A stretch of 64,000 bases of DNA from an uncultured delta proteobacterium. Its GTDB lineage: Bacteria; Desulfobacterota; Binatia; Binatales; Binataceae. Below the pieces are notes generated by a model that was not told where the DNA came from, ran no database searches, and saw only the letters and a program-made list of their open reading frames with translations. Below, one piece after another: positions 50,707 through 60,099 of the stretch (its first letter is position 1; every line of letters starts with the position of its first letter). The position numbers and the translations under genes were made by a program. Where the stretch lies: the NCBI GenBank assembly GCA_963765675.1, contig CAVXXK010000001.1:416001-480000 (forward strand), read 5' to 3'.

Positions 50707-51630
50707 ATGACGCTGATGTGCGCTCGGAGAATGCATGCAGACGAGGTGGACACCGACGTCTCTCTCGTCGGCCGGCTGCTCGCGGCGCAGTTTCCGCAGT
50801 GGGCAAATCTCCCGATCGAGCCGGTCGCCTCTACCGGGACAGATAACGCGATCTATCGGCTCGGCGACGACATGGCCGTCCGGCTGCCGCGCACCGATCG
50901 GGTCACTATTCAACTGGATAAGGAGCATCTGTGGCTCCCGCGACTCGCTCCGCACCTGCCGCTTGCGATCCCCGCCCCGCTCGCGAAAGGGATTCCTGGC
51001 GAGGGCTACCCCTGGCATTGGTCGGTTTACCGATGGCTCAGCGGCAGGAACGCCGCGATCGAGCCCGTCGCGGATCTGCGCGAGGCGGCCGCGGCGTTGG
51101 CGCAATTCATAACTGCCCTGCACAGGATCGATCCTACCGGCGGCCCGCGCCCCGGTGGGCACAACTTTGGCCGAGGCGTGCCGCTGGCAACGCGAGACGC
51201 CGCGACGCGGACCGCGATTGCAAGCCTGAAAGGAATGCTCGATACCGACGCAGTTAGCGCGGCGTGGGAGGCTGCCCTTGAGACGCCGAGGTGGGAAGAC
51301 CAACCCATGTGGATTCACGGAGACCTTCTGCCCGCAAACCTGCTGGTCGAACGAGGCCGGCTCCGCGCCGTCATCGACTTTGGCGGTTTAGGCGTGGGCG
51401 ATCCCGCGTGCGACTTGATGCCGGCGTGGATTCTCTTCTCCGGCGAAAGCCGGGACGCATTCCGCGCGGCGCTCTCCGTCGATGATGCGACCTGGGCGCG
51501 AGGTCGCGGATGGGCGCTGTCCTGGGGTTTGATCTTCATCCCGTACTATCTGGAATCCAACCCTGGCAGCGTCGCGATCGCTCGACACGCGATCGAACAA
51601 GTCCTCGCCGATCACGCGCACGCCGCATGA
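50707..51630 (+). CDS. Aminoglycoside phosphotransferase family kinase
   Basis: GTDNAIYRLG, WIHGDLLPAN, VIDFG, GDPACD. Confidence 0.88.
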   Translation: MTLMCARRMHADEVDTDVSLVGRLLAAQFPQWANLPIEPVASTGTDNAIYRLGDDMAVRLPRTDRVTIQLDKEHLWLPRLAPHLPLAIPAPLAKGIPGEGYPWHWSVYRWLSGRNAAIEPVADLREAAAALAQFITALHRIDPTGGPRPGGHNFGRGVPLATRDAATRTAIASLKGMLDTDAVSAAWEAALETPRWEDQPMWIHGDLLPANLLVERGRLRAVIDFGGLGVGDPACDLMPAWILFSGESRDAFRAALSVDDATWARGRGWALSWGLIFIPYYLESNPGSVAIARHAIEQVLADHAHAA

Positions 51631-51694
51631 CGCGGATGAGGAGTCCGCTTCCGGCTACTTCTTTTCGTCGGAGGGGCGGAAGAGCTTCATCAAT

Positions 51695-52771
51695 TCATCG
51701 ACGCTTGCCGGAGGACGCGCAGGCTGCGGCGAGCGTGTCGCTCACGTGCTCGACGCTTTTCATTCCGACCAGCGCGACGTTTATTCCCGGCGTCGAGCGG
51801 ACGAACTGGATCGAGCGCTGCGCGTCGGAAGAAAAATTCGGAAAAGTCTCGCCGAGAATTTCCGGCAGCCCTTTCGCGAGGCGACCCTGCAATAGCGATG
51901 CGCTGGCGCACACGCCCAGGCCCATCGCGCCTGCGACAGTCAGCGTCGTGCCCTTCTGATTTCCGACGGTCTGATTCGAGCGCGTGACCGCCTCGGGCAT
52001 CGCGAGGTTGTAGGGAAGTTGAAGCGCGCGAAAGTGATGCGCTTCGCCGGCGACTTCGTGCGCCAGTCGCCAGAGCTCGTCGAGCGAAAGAAAGCCGCGT
52101 TCAGTCGCCGGGGCGCGGAGGCCGTTCCAGGTCGCGATCCCATAAACGCCGATTTTTCCGTCCGCGGCGGCCGCTTCGAGCGTCTCGAACGCCGCGCGCA
52201 TCCGCTTCAGAAACTCCGCGCGCGAGATCTCGCCGAGCTGAGTCTCGGGATTGTGGATGTAATAGATATCGATCGTCTCGAGGCCGAGGTTCGTGCGCGA
52301 CATTTCGAGCATCGTCGCGAGCCACTTGGGCGTCATGCAGTGCGAGCCCTCGACCAGATCGCTCTGCGCGACAATCCCGCTGCGGATGTAATGCTCGTCG
52401 AACCATCCGCGCGGGTCGGGCGGCACCTCGCCGTCAAACGTGATGTAGCCGCCCTTGGTCGCGACGACGATCTCCTCGCGCTTGATCGTTCCCGCAGCCG
52501 TCATCGCGGCAAGGACCTTGCCGATCGTCCGCTCGCTGCGCTGAAAGCGATAGTTCACCGCGGTATCGACCAGGTTGATTCCCCCGGCGAGCGCCGCGGT
52601 CAGCGCGGCTTCGTAGTCTGTGTCAGTCTCTGCGTCGGGCTCGCCAAGATAGGTGCCGATCCCGATCGACGAAACGCTGAGCCCGATCATCGGGCGGAAG
52701 TTTCCCGGGAGATTAGCGAATCGGCTGGCGTATGCCGCCGACGCCTGGGCGGTTGCGCGGCCTTTAAGCAT
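51695..52771 (-). CDS. Aldo/keto reductase
   Basis: SSIGIGTY, DTAVNYR, TKGG, YYIHNPE, QLPYNL. Confidence 0.88.
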   Translation of the reverse strand: MLKGRATAQASAAYASRFANLPGNFRPMIGLSVSSIGIGTYLGEPDAETDTDYEAALTAALAGGINLVDTAVNYRFQRSERTIGKVLAAMTAAGTIKREEIVVATKGGYITFDGEVPPDPRGWFDEHYIRSGIVAQSDLVEGSHCMTPKWLATMLEMSRTNLGLETIDIYYIHNPETQLGEISRAEFLKRMRAAFETLEAAAADGKIGVYGIATWNGLRAPATERGFLSLDELWRLAHEVAGEAHHFRALQLPYNLAMPEAVTRSNQTVGNQKGTTLTVAGAMGLGVCASASLLQGRLAKGLPEILGETFPNFSSDAQRSIQFVRSTPGINVALVGMKSVEHVSDTLAAACASSGKRR

Positions 52772-52802
52772 CGACTTTCTCCAGCGCAGACCGGTGCGCC
52801 CG

Positions 52803-53198
52803 TTACGAAGTGAACCGGATCGCGCTTGCGGCAGGCTCGTAGAGCGCCTGGATCACGTTGCCATCGGGATCGCGGATATAGAAAGACACCGAACCGTCGC
52901 GATGATGTTTGAGCGGATGCACGATTTCCAAATGCTCAGCCTGCGCCCATCGCCATCCCGCTTCGACCTCGGCGATACTCTCGACGATAAAACCCAGATG
53001 GTCCATGCGCTGCGCGGCAGGATCGCCGCTGTCGCCGCGATGCAGCGCAAGATTGTCGCATCCCGAGCTCAAGTAAGCATTCTCCGGATCGGGCTGCCAG
53101 ACGACCTTCATGCCGAACACGCGCTGATAAAACGCTTTGGCGCGTTCGACGTCTTTGACCTTGAGCGCCAGATGGCGCAGCCCGCGATTCTTTATCAA
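52803..53198 (-). CDS. VOC/glyoxalase family protein
   Basis: LRHLALKV, DHLGF, FYIRDPDGNVI; TTG start overlaps the upstream stop. Confidence 0.85.
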   Translation of the reverse strand: MIKNRGLRHLALKVKDVERAKAFYQRVFGMKVVWQPDPENAYLSSGCDNLALHRGDSGDPAAQRMDHLGFIVESIAEVEAGWRWAQAEHLEIVHPLKHHRDGSVSFYIRDPDGNVIQALYEPAASAIRFTS

Positions 53199-53836
53199 AT
53201 GGTTGCCTCGCGCTTGCGGTAACCGACGACGGCCCAAATCGGATCGCTCGGCGGATCGGTCGGGTCGCTCCTGTCGATCGCATCCATATTCTCAAACCCG
53301 CCCGCATCCATAAAGTACCGCGCGACGAGGCCGACGCGATCATGCTCGTTCAGATGATGCCAGATCGCGACGGCTTTGGTCGGGAACATCCGATTCGAAA
53401 ACGTCACGACGAACGGCGCGCCCGGCCGTATCACGCGCGCGACCTCGCGAAAGGTCCGCACAGGCTCGACCATGTATTGAATCGAGACCGTGACCACGGC
53501 GCCATCGAACTCGGCGTCGGCGAAAGGAAGCCGCGCCTCGCGATTGAGATTGTGGATCACGATCTCGGTCAGTTGCGGATTATCCGTCATCTCGGCCTGA
53601 TTCATCCCGAGCCCGACGACTCGCGCCGGATGCAGACTATCGGGTAGATGCGATCGCCAACTGCTCATCAGATCGAGAATCGCGCCGCCTTGCGGAAGAA
53701 GCCGCGCGTAGATCTCGCCGACCTTCGCGATCGCGCCGTCATCGATATGCACCACGCGCCGCGGCGAAGTGTAAAACAGCTCATCGTCCGAGTCGTCGAT
53801 ACGTCCAAAAAATTCTGGCGGGAACGGATTAGGCAT
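53195..53836 (-). CDS. Methyltransferase type 11 family protein
   Basis: DDSDDELFY.SPR.V.HIDD, LDLMSSWRSH, FSNRMFPTKAV. Confidence 0.88.
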   Translation of the reverse strand: MPNPFPPEFFGRIDDSDDELFYTSPRRVVHIDDGAIAKVGEIYARLLPQGGAILDLMSSWRSHLPDSLHPARVVGLGMNQAEMTDNPQLTEIVIHNLNREARLPFADAEFDGAVVTVSIQYMVEPVRTFREVARVIRPGAPFVVTFSNRMFPTKAVAIWHHLNEHDRVGLVARYFMDAGGFENMDAIDRSDPTDPPSDPIWAVVGYRKREATI

Positions 53837-53859
53837 GATGGAACCGAAACCTGATTTGA

Positions 53860-54253
53860 TCACGGCTTGCGATAGGGAACAATCACTCCGCGCAGCATCG
53901 GGAAGTGGCGCGCGTTGAGAGTTACCAGCGCGCTTTGCGATGCGACCGCACTGGCCGCGATCGCTGCGTCAACCAGGCCGGTGCCATGACTTCGGCCATA
54001 CTCGCGGCGGAACAATCCGGCCTGCACCGCGATGTCGCGATCAACCGCGACTGGCTCGAGCAGCTCCTCGAGCCGGGCCATCGCTTCGCGCTCGGCGTCG
54101 TCTCGCACGCCGACGTACAACTCGGTGAGCGTGAGGCACGAGACTCGATGCGGCGCCGATCGCGGCCTTCAGGTAGGCAAGAGCCTTGGGCTCGCCGCGA
54201 AGATAGTCGATCAGAACGTCGGTATCGATGAGCAGGGCCGATAGTGCTGGCAT
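53860..54253 (-). pseudogene. vapC: VapC PIN-domain toxin, frameshift near 54140
   Basis: LIDTDVLIDYLRG in one frame; ELYVG, DAAIAASA, LVTLNARHFP in another. Confidence 0.82.
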
Positions 54254-54258
54254 CCGAG

Positions 54259-54528
54259 CTAGGCTTGGCCGCGGACAGGTCGGACCCTATCGGCCTCACG
54301 CCGCAGGGCGTCGAAGTCGGGCAGATCGGTGCGTCCGCGCCAGAGGCCGGCGACGGCCTCGAGGACCTGCGCGCGCCCGGCGGCCGTCGTCTGTTCCAGC
54401 CAGTGATCCACCGCGGCGCGGATTATCTCGCTTTGCGGACGGCCGGTGCGTTTGGCCAGGCGCCGCAAGCTCTGATGCTCGCGCCGGGTCAGATAAATCT
54501 GGGTTCTCACCATCGCCTGGTTCTTCAT
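54259..54528 (-). CDS. vapB: CopG/RHH antitoxin
   Basis: RTQIYLT..SEIIRAAVD RHH pattern, AGLWRGR tail; directly upstream of the PIN gene. Confidence 0.82.
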   Translation of the reverse strand: MKNQAMVRTQIYLTRREHQSLRRLAKRTGRPQSEIIRAAVDHWLEQTTAAGRAQVLEAVAGLWRGRTDLPDFDALRREADRVRPVRGQA

Positions 54529-54549
54529 GATGTATATCTATGATGTATA
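54527..54549 (-). promoter_or_regulatory. Candidate antitoxin operator (TATACATCAT direct repeat, 13-bp period)
   Basis: atgatgtata at 54527-54536 and 54540-54549, overlapping the vapB start. Confidence 0.55.
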
Positions 54550-54594
54550 GTTCCTTTTCAAGCGCGGGTCCATCCGAACGGTTAGTTGTGTGCG

Positions 54595-54745
54595 CGCTCC
54601 TGCCCGATTTTGGGCAAGGTGGGGCCTTGGATTTTTTGAATTGGGCACTTTTCGGTGGGTTCGTTTGGTATCTTTTCTAGTCGCTAAAAAAATAAACTCC
54701 TTGAAAATGCTGCCGATTCCGGGGCGATTGGGTTCGATTCTGCAG
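54595..54745 (+). repeat. Dispersed intergenic repeat (GGGTTCGTTT-core), copy B
   Basis: ttttcggtgggttcgtttggta matches the reverse complement of 13459-13480; a second degenerate core ttgggttcgatt lies near 54728. Confidence 0.7.
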
Positions 54746-54779
54746 CTTTTTCGGTCATCGATTTTCGGGAAGAAAAACT

Positions 54780-54890
54780 AGACACGAAGACACCAAGGAA
54801 GACCAAGACACTAAGACACGAAGAACACGCATTTCCGCGCGCGGCGCGCGAAAATGCGTCAGTTCTTTGTGCCTTTGTGTCTTGGTGGTT
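54780..54890. repeat. Long imperfect palindrome made of octamer units
   Basis: acacgaag/acaccaag/acactaag units, central acgcattt-cgcgc..gcgcg-aaatgcgt hairpin, mirrored ctttgtgc/ctttgtgt/cttggtgg units. Confidence 0.7.
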
Positions 54891-55136
54891 GGATTGATGA
54901 TTGTGTCTGGTCGCGAAAGCATCTCCCTGCAAAATGGTGCGCGGTAGTGAGCGGGTTGCTTCCACTCGATCAGCTTTTGCACGAAGTGGATTCAGGCATA
55001 AGGCTGAACAGTTCAGCCATGAACAAATCTGGCAAAAACCCGAACGAGTGTTAGGGAGACGGATGGCGGCTTCAGAAAGTGTGGAACCGCAAGATAAAGC
55101 CTGTGCCACAAGGAGTTCGGCGGATTAGCGGCGTGC

Positions 55137-55167
55137 GGAGACGGGCGCGTCCCGACGCGCCTCTACG
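55137..55167 (-). repeat. GTAG-type REP
   Basis: Reverse complement reads cGTAGaggcgcgtcgggacgcgcccgtc. Confidence 0.65.
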
Positions 55168-55273
55168 AAAATGGGCAGATCATCGAATCGCAATTTGTAG
55201 GATTTGCGAGCCGCCGCGCGTCTTCCCTCGCAGTCCGTCTCCAGGCGCTAACTTTCCTCCCGCATGAGCGATC

Positions 55274-55372
55274 GTCGTCGATGGGCACGACTCGTGCCGG
55301 TGCTATGTAAAACGGTTCATCGTCCGAGTCACCGAATCGGCTGAAAAATTCTGGCGGGAATGAATTCAGCTT
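55274..55372 (-). pseudogene. Stranded, diverged copy of the 5' end of the methyltransferase gene 53195-53836
   Basis: LNSFPPEFFSRFGDSDDEPFYIAPARVVPIDD vs PNPFPPEFFGRIDDSDDELFYTSPRRVVHIDD, collinear at offset 1536; ATG replaced by AAG. Confidence 0.8.
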
Positions 55373-55465
55373 AGCTTAAGCTTTGTCATCAGTTCGGATT
55401 ATATAGAGAATTACTCCGTAAAATCAGCTATTTAGGTTAATTTCGCGGTATTTTGCGTAAGGGCG

Positions 55466-55495
55466 TTGACTTGGTTTCGGCACGCCGTCTAAAGT
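55466..55495 (+). promoter_or_regulatory. Sigma70-like promoter of iclR
   Basis: TTGACT-18 bp-TAAAGT with AT-rich upstream DNA. Confidence 0.5.
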
Positions 55496-55559
55496 AAAAC
55501 ACTTTTCCAAAGCGCTTCTTCGGCTTGGTCCCGTCGGCTGCGTCGCGCGTGGAATTTCG

Positions 55560-56342
55560 ATGGTCAGACGCGACAAGACCAACTACGTTATACAATCCGT
55601 TGCGCATTCGCTCGACGTGCTCGAGCAATTTTTCGGCGACGTTGACGAACTCGGCGTGACCGAGCTTTCCAAGCGCCTCAAGCTCCACAAGAACAACGTC
55701 TTCCGCCTGCTCGCGACGCTCGAAGCTCGCGGCTATATCGAGCAGAATAAATCGACCGAGAATTACCGGCTCGGGATCAAATGCCTCCTGCTCGGGCGGC
55801 GCTATATTCATCACATGGGACTCGTGCGGCAGGCGCGGCCTACTCTGGCCGAGCTTGCGCGCAAATGCCGCGAGAGCACTTACGTCGCGATTCTGCGCCG
55901 CGACGGCGTAGTTCCGCTCGAAGCGGCGGAACCCGAGGATCGCGCGGTGCGAATCACGCCGCCGATCGGCAACACGCTGCCGCTGCATTGCACGGCGGTC
56001 GGCAAGGCGCATCTGGCCTTCGACACGGAGGAGCAGCTTCGCGCGGCGCTGCCGGAGCATCTGAAGCGCTTCACCGATCGCACGATAATCGATCGCGCGG
56101 CGCTGCTCGAACAGCTAACCGGCGTGTCGAGCACCGGATATGCGACCGACGCGGGCGAGTACGTCGAGGAAGTGAACTCGATCGCGGTGCCGATTCGCGA
56201 TTACACGCGCTCGGTGGTGGGCTCGCTCGCGATCGCGGGGCCGGCCTATCGGATGGCGCCCGAACGAATCGCCGCCGAGCTCGCGCCGACGCTGCTCGAA
56301 GCGGGCGGCGAAATCTCCCGCCGCCTCGGTTTTAACGAGTAA
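55560..56342 (+). CDS. IclR family transcriptional regulator
   Basis: GVTELSKRLKLHKNNVFRLLATL HTH, PLHCTAVGKA, IAVPI. Confidence 0.92.
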   Translation: MVRRDKTNYVIQSVAHSLDVLEQFFGDVDELGVTELSKRLKLHKNNVFRLLATLEARGYIEQNKSTENYRLGIKCLLLGRRYIHHMGLVRQARPTLAELARKCRESTYVAILRRDGVVPLEAAEPEDRAVRITPPIGNTLPLHCTAVGKAHLAFDTEEQLRAALPEHLKRFTDRTIIDRAALLEQLTGVSSTGYATDAGEYVEEVNSIAVPIRDYTRSVVGSLAIAGPAYRMAPERIAAELAPTLLEAGGEISRRLGFNE

Positions 56343-56378
56343 CGGTTTTTCGCCCTTACGTAACCGGTCGAATCGCGT

Positions 56379-57491
56379 TCAAGCGAGACCGAGGCCATCG
56401 TAAATCGCGTCTAGCGTGGAAACTATCCGCGCATCGTGGCGGTTTTCCTGCGACTCGAGCATCCCATTAAACACCAGCGCGACGACGACCTTGTTTTCGG
56501 GATCAAGAAAGGCCGACGACGAGACGTAACCGTTGTGGCCCCACGTGCGCCGGGAGCATCGATTACCGAACCACGCGGCCGCATTGCAGTACTGTTTCGA
56601 ATCGATCACGACGCCGAGTCCCCGGTCGAGCGGATAGCCGAAGGTATGGTCGCGCGTTGCGACCAGATGGCGCGCCGAGATCGCCTCGACGGTCTGCGGC
56701 CGGATAACTCCGCCTCCGCCTGCGAGCATCGCTTCGTAGAATTTTCCGAGGTCGTGAATCGGCCCGCGCGCGCTGCCTCCCGGACGGCATACCGCGAGCG
56801 CCTCTGCGCTGTCGCTCCAGAGCGGATAAGTGTGCGGCATCGGTTTCGAGAGGCCGGTCGCGAAGTGCATCGGCGCGATTCGACGATCGGCCGCATACTC
56901 GCGATAGCGTTCCGGCGGCATCCCGAGCCAGGTGTCATTCATCCCTAACGGCTCGAAAATTTCCTCGCGCACGTATTGCGAATACGGCCGGCCGTCGATA
57001 CGCCGCACGATCTCCGCGAGCGCATACCATCCCGACGCGACGTGATAGCCCATCCGCTCGCCGGGCACCCATCCGGGGGCGAGCGACGCGGCGCAAAGTT
57101 CGGCGATAATTTTTTCCCAGGGATCGGTGGACCACGCCAGGACCGCGCCCGGGAATCCGCCAGTGTGAGTCAGGACGTGACGAATCGTGACGCGTTCCTT
57201 GCCCCTGACGCCGAACTCCGGGATGTGCCGCGCGACCGGATCGTCGAGCTCGAGCTTGCCCTGCTCCCACATCTTCGCGATCGCGACCGCGGTGATCGGC
57301 TTGATCGACGACATCCACAGCATCAGCGTGTCGGGGCGCATCGCGACGCCCTCGCGCGCCTCGCCGAACGCGAGATCGCCGAGCACTTCGCCGTCGCGCG
57401 AAACGTACAGTTGCGCGCCGAGATGCAGCCGCGCCTTGATCCCGCGCTCGATCACCGAAGCGGCTTTTTCGAGTATCTGATGTTGGCTCAT
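56379..57491 (-). CDS. Serine hydrolase, beta-lactamase class C-like
   Basis: SSIK (SxxK), VLTHTGG, GYH, WGHNG. Confidence 0.88.
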   Translation of the reverse strand: MSQHQILEKAASVIERGIKARLHLGAQLYVSRDGEVLGDLAFGEAREGVAMRPDTLMLWMSSIKPITAVAIAKMWEQGKLELDDPVARHIPEFGVRGKERVTIRHVLTHTGGFPGAVLAWSTDPWEKIIAELCAASLAPGWVPGERMGYHVASGWYALAEIVRRIDGRPYSQYVREEIFEPLGMNDTWLGMPPERYREYAADRRIAPMHFATGLSKPMPHTYPLWSDSAEALAVCRPGGSARGPIHDLGKFYEAMLAGGGGVIRPQTVEAISARHLVATRDHTFGYPLDRGLGVVIDSKQYCNAAAWFGNRCSRRTWGHNGYVSSSAFLDPENKVVVALVFNGMLESQENRHDARIVSTLDAIYDGLGLA

Positions 57492-57507
57492 GCGGTTCTC
57501 CGATACC

Positions 57508-57963
57508 TCAACGATGCCGCCGCCGGTCCTTATTGCCGTTGTCTTCGGCGAGAGCATCCAGCGTGCCGAGCACAATGGCAAGGGCATGCCGCACGGCGGG
57601 GCCCTGCTCCTGAAGATGGCGCCGGACGATCGCGATCTTCCTTCCGCGTGCCAGCGCGACGAGGTTCCGGCCCTTCGCCGTCACCTCGACCAAGACGCCT
57701 CGCCCATCCGAGGGATCCTTGGCGCACCGAACCAGGCGCGCGCGTTCCATATCGTGGATCAAGCGGGTCATCGAGGGCCGCCGCACGCGCTCGAACGCGG
57801 CCAGTTCTCCGACATTTGCGCGGCCGTGGAAGACGAGACTGGTTAACACCGAAAACCGCGCGGGGCTCAAATTCAGCTCGACATCGATGTCCCGCAGGCG
57901 TCGGCCAAAGTGCTGGACGAACAGATACAGGCGCTCGGCCTGCTGATCGATAACGCTTGCCAC
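57508..57963 (-). CDS. MarR family regulator
   Basis: LSPARFSVL, ELAAFERVRRPSMTR, DPSDGR, TAKGR. Confidence 0.88.
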   Translation of the reverse strand: MASVIDQQAERLYLFVQHFGRRLRDIDVELNLSPARFSVLTSLVFHGRANVGELAAFERVRRPSMTRLIHDMERARLVRCAKDPSDGRGVLVEVTAKGRNLVALARGRKIAIVRRHLQEQGPAVRHALAIVLGTLDALAEDNGNKDRRRHR

Positions 57964-57979
57964 GTCCGCGAGAGTAATA

Positions 57980-57998
57980 TAGTTAGTAATGCTAATCA
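57980..57998. promoter_or_regulatory. Candidate MarR operator
   Basis: ttag-taatg-ctaa palindrome in the short AT-rich divergent spacer. Confidence 0.45.
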
Positions 57999-58016
57999 AT
58001 ATCGGAGAGGTGATGA

Positions 58017-58577
58017 ATGGCGACCATACCACGGACCAGGATCGAGGGACGCCGATTCGGCCTGCTGGCCGACACTCATGACAATCTCGTGAAGTGGCCG
58101 GAAATTCTCGAGCAGGTTCGGACCGCGTTGGGACCGGTCGACGGGATCATCCACTGCGGTGACTTATGCACGCTACAGGCGCTCAACGATCTGTCCAAAG
58201 TCGCGCCGGTCTGGGCGGTCAGAAGCGGCGCGGACCCCGCGGCTTCGCCTCCAGAGCTTGTTGACGGACCCAGGATCCTTGAAATCGGCGAAGTGCGGAT
58301 CGGAATCGTGAACTCGCTGAGTTCCGATCCGATCAAAGCGGAGGTGGAACCGGGCCTGCGCTTTCCTCATGTCAGGGGCTCCGAAGTCGCGGCGACCGTT
58401 TTCGGCCATTCCGTCGACGTGTGCATCTTCGGAGGATCTCACCGAACCGCAATCGCCTCGAGCGGCGGCACGCTCTTCGTGAACCCGGGTAGCCCCTCTC
58501 TCGCCGAGAAAAAAACGGCGGGTATTCTGACGGTCGATCAAGGCATGGTCTCGGTAGAGATTGTCGCCGTGTCCTGA
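58017..58577 (+). CDS. YfcE/MJ0936-like metallophosphoesterase
   Basis: ADTHDN, HCGD, VNPGSP; some canonical motifs are altered (RSGAD, GGSH). Confidence 0.75.
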   Translation: MATIPRTRIEGRRFGLLADTHDNLVKWPEILEQVRTALGPVDGIIHCGDLCTLQALNDLSKVAPVWAVRSGADPAASPPELVDGPRILEIGEVRIGIVNSLSSDPIKAEVEPGLRFPHVRGSEVAATVFGHSVDVCIFGGSHRTAIASSGGTLFVNPGSPSLAEKKTAGILTVDQGMVSVEIVAVS

Positions 58578-58578
58578 A

Positions 58579-58904
58579 GGTGGCACCGGCTTTAGCCGGT
58601 GATTCTTCCGAGGGAGACGGGCGCGCCGCAGGCGCGGTTTCCAATGAGTTCGGTCCGCGCGAAAATCGAAGAGCCATAGCTGGTTGCACTAATCGCTTCG
58701 CGGAGATCCTTCGCCTGCGGCTCAGGATGACTGCAACGAGTTGACTGAAATTGCGATACTCATCGCCCCACATACATTCGTGGCAGGCGTGACGAGTATC
58801 GAGGCATTCTGATTGATCGAAACTGCGTGAAAGACGGGCGGCTCGCGAGCCGCCCCTACGAAGACTGATTCGCACGGATTCAATTCGTAGGGGCGCCTCG
58901 CGAT
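58579..58904. repeat. Cluster of REP-like palindromes
   Basis: ggtggcaccggctttagccggtg (58579-58601); GTCATCCTGAG..GCGAAGGATCTC type on the minus strand (58703-58731); inverted GTAG REP pair (58833-58862 and from 58884). Confidence 0.75.
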
Positions 58905-58920
58905 GGGAAGTATGCGGCAC

Positions 58921-58949
58921 TTGACTACCGGATGATTCTGCGCTATTCT
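58921..58949 (+). promoter_or_regulatory. Transposase promoter overlapping the left TIR (probably leaderless mRNA)
   Basis: TTGACT-17 bp-TATTCT, with ATG 7 nt after the -10 box. Confidence 0.65.
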
Positions 58950-58956
58950 CCCTTGC

Positions 58957-59892
58957 ATGAAGCAAACAGAATTATGGGAACAGAAGGAACCGAAATTTGT
59001 CCGCCAGATGACGGTTCACCAGTTCGAGGAAATGTTCCCGAACGAAACCGCCTGTTGCGAATTTCTGCTCCACCGGCGCTGGCCCGCTGGCGTTCGCTGC
59101 GCGCGCTGCAACAACGATCATGTGTACGCCAGCAAGGCGCGTCCGTGGCACTGGCAGTGCAAGAAATGCGGAAAGAACAATCGCGCGCCCTACCGCTTTT
59201 CGCTCAAGACCGGAACGATTTTCGAGGAAACCAAGCATCCGTTGCTGACGTGGTATCGCGTGCTGCATCTGATGGTTACATCCAAGAAAGGAATCAGCGC
59301 CCTACAAATCCATCGGATGCTCGGCTTCGGGTCTTATCGAACCGCCTGGTACATGTGCATGCGGCTACGCGCGGGCATGGCCGATCCTGATTTTCGGCAT
59401 CTCATGGGCATCGTGGAGATCGATGAGACGTTCATCGGCGGGAAAGAAAAAAACAAGCATCTCGGCAAGCGTAACCCCAAGAATCTAGGCGGCAAGGGAA
59501 AGGCCGTTGTGATCGGTGCGATCTCGCGCAAAGGGAATTTGGTTTGCCAAATGATCGAAACAGCGGACCGCGACACTATGATGCGGTTCGTTCAGAAAAC
59601 CGTAGCGCGTGGCGTCGATCTGGTAGTAACGGACGAACACAAGGGCTACGACACGATAGTTGATAGCGGGCGTCCGCACGAGGTTATCCGGCACAGCGAT
59701 AACGTGTACGTTCGCGGCATCGTGCATACCAATTCAATCGAGGGATTTTGGGCGCTGCTCAAACGCGGAATTATCGGCACCTACCACAACGTCAGCCGCA
59801 AGTATCTCCCGCTGTACCTGAACGAGTTTCAATTCAGGTACAACAACCGGAGGCAGGCGGACATCTTCGGCAAGGCGATAGCAGGGTGCTGA
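58957..59892 (+). CDS. IS1595 family (ISXO2-like) DDE transposase
   Basis: Zn ribbon CARC..CKKC, TGTIFE, KKGISA, VEIDETFIGG, TDEH, HTNSIEGFW, YLNEFQFRYN. Confidence 0.95.
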   Translation: MKQTELWEQKEPKFVRQMTVHQFEEMFPNETACCEFLLHRRWPAGVRCARCNNDHVYASKARPWHWQCKKCGKNNRAPYRFSLKTGTIFEETKHPLLTWYRVLHLMVTSKKGISALQIHRMLGFGSYRTAWYMCMRLRAGMADPDFRHLMGIVEIDETFIGGKEKNKHLGKRNPKNLGGKGKAVVIGAISRKGNLVCQMIETADRDTMMRFVQKTVARGVDLVVTDEHKGYDTIVDSGRPHEVIRHSDNVYVRGIVHTNSIEGFWALLKRGIIGTYHNVSRKYLPLYLNEFQFRYNNRRQADIFGKAIAGC

Positions 59893-60099
59893 GACGTGGG
59901 AACTGGCGACCGTCTCAGCTATCCCGCGAGACGACGCCAGCGGAAGTGAAGCAGTTGGAATTTTCATTTGTCTCTCTGAGTCCACACAATCACGCGAATA
60001 ACCAGAACGACTAAAAGAGCAATATACATGTAGCGGTTTACCTTCTTGATGATACTGTCTGCTCGCTCGTAATCATCTGCCGTCCAACTCGAAGCAAGA

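Noticed and set aside
50707-57491. Antibiotic resistance calls for the APH-like kinase and the beta-lactamase-like hydrolase
   Set aside because: Motifs give only superfamily membership; nothing indicates antibiotic substrates
59888-59948. TGA plus hairpin after the transposase as possible selenocysteine or readthrough signal
   Set aside because: DIFGKAIAGC looks like a normal end for this transposase group, and the stop codon sits inside the stem, unlike a bacterial SECIS
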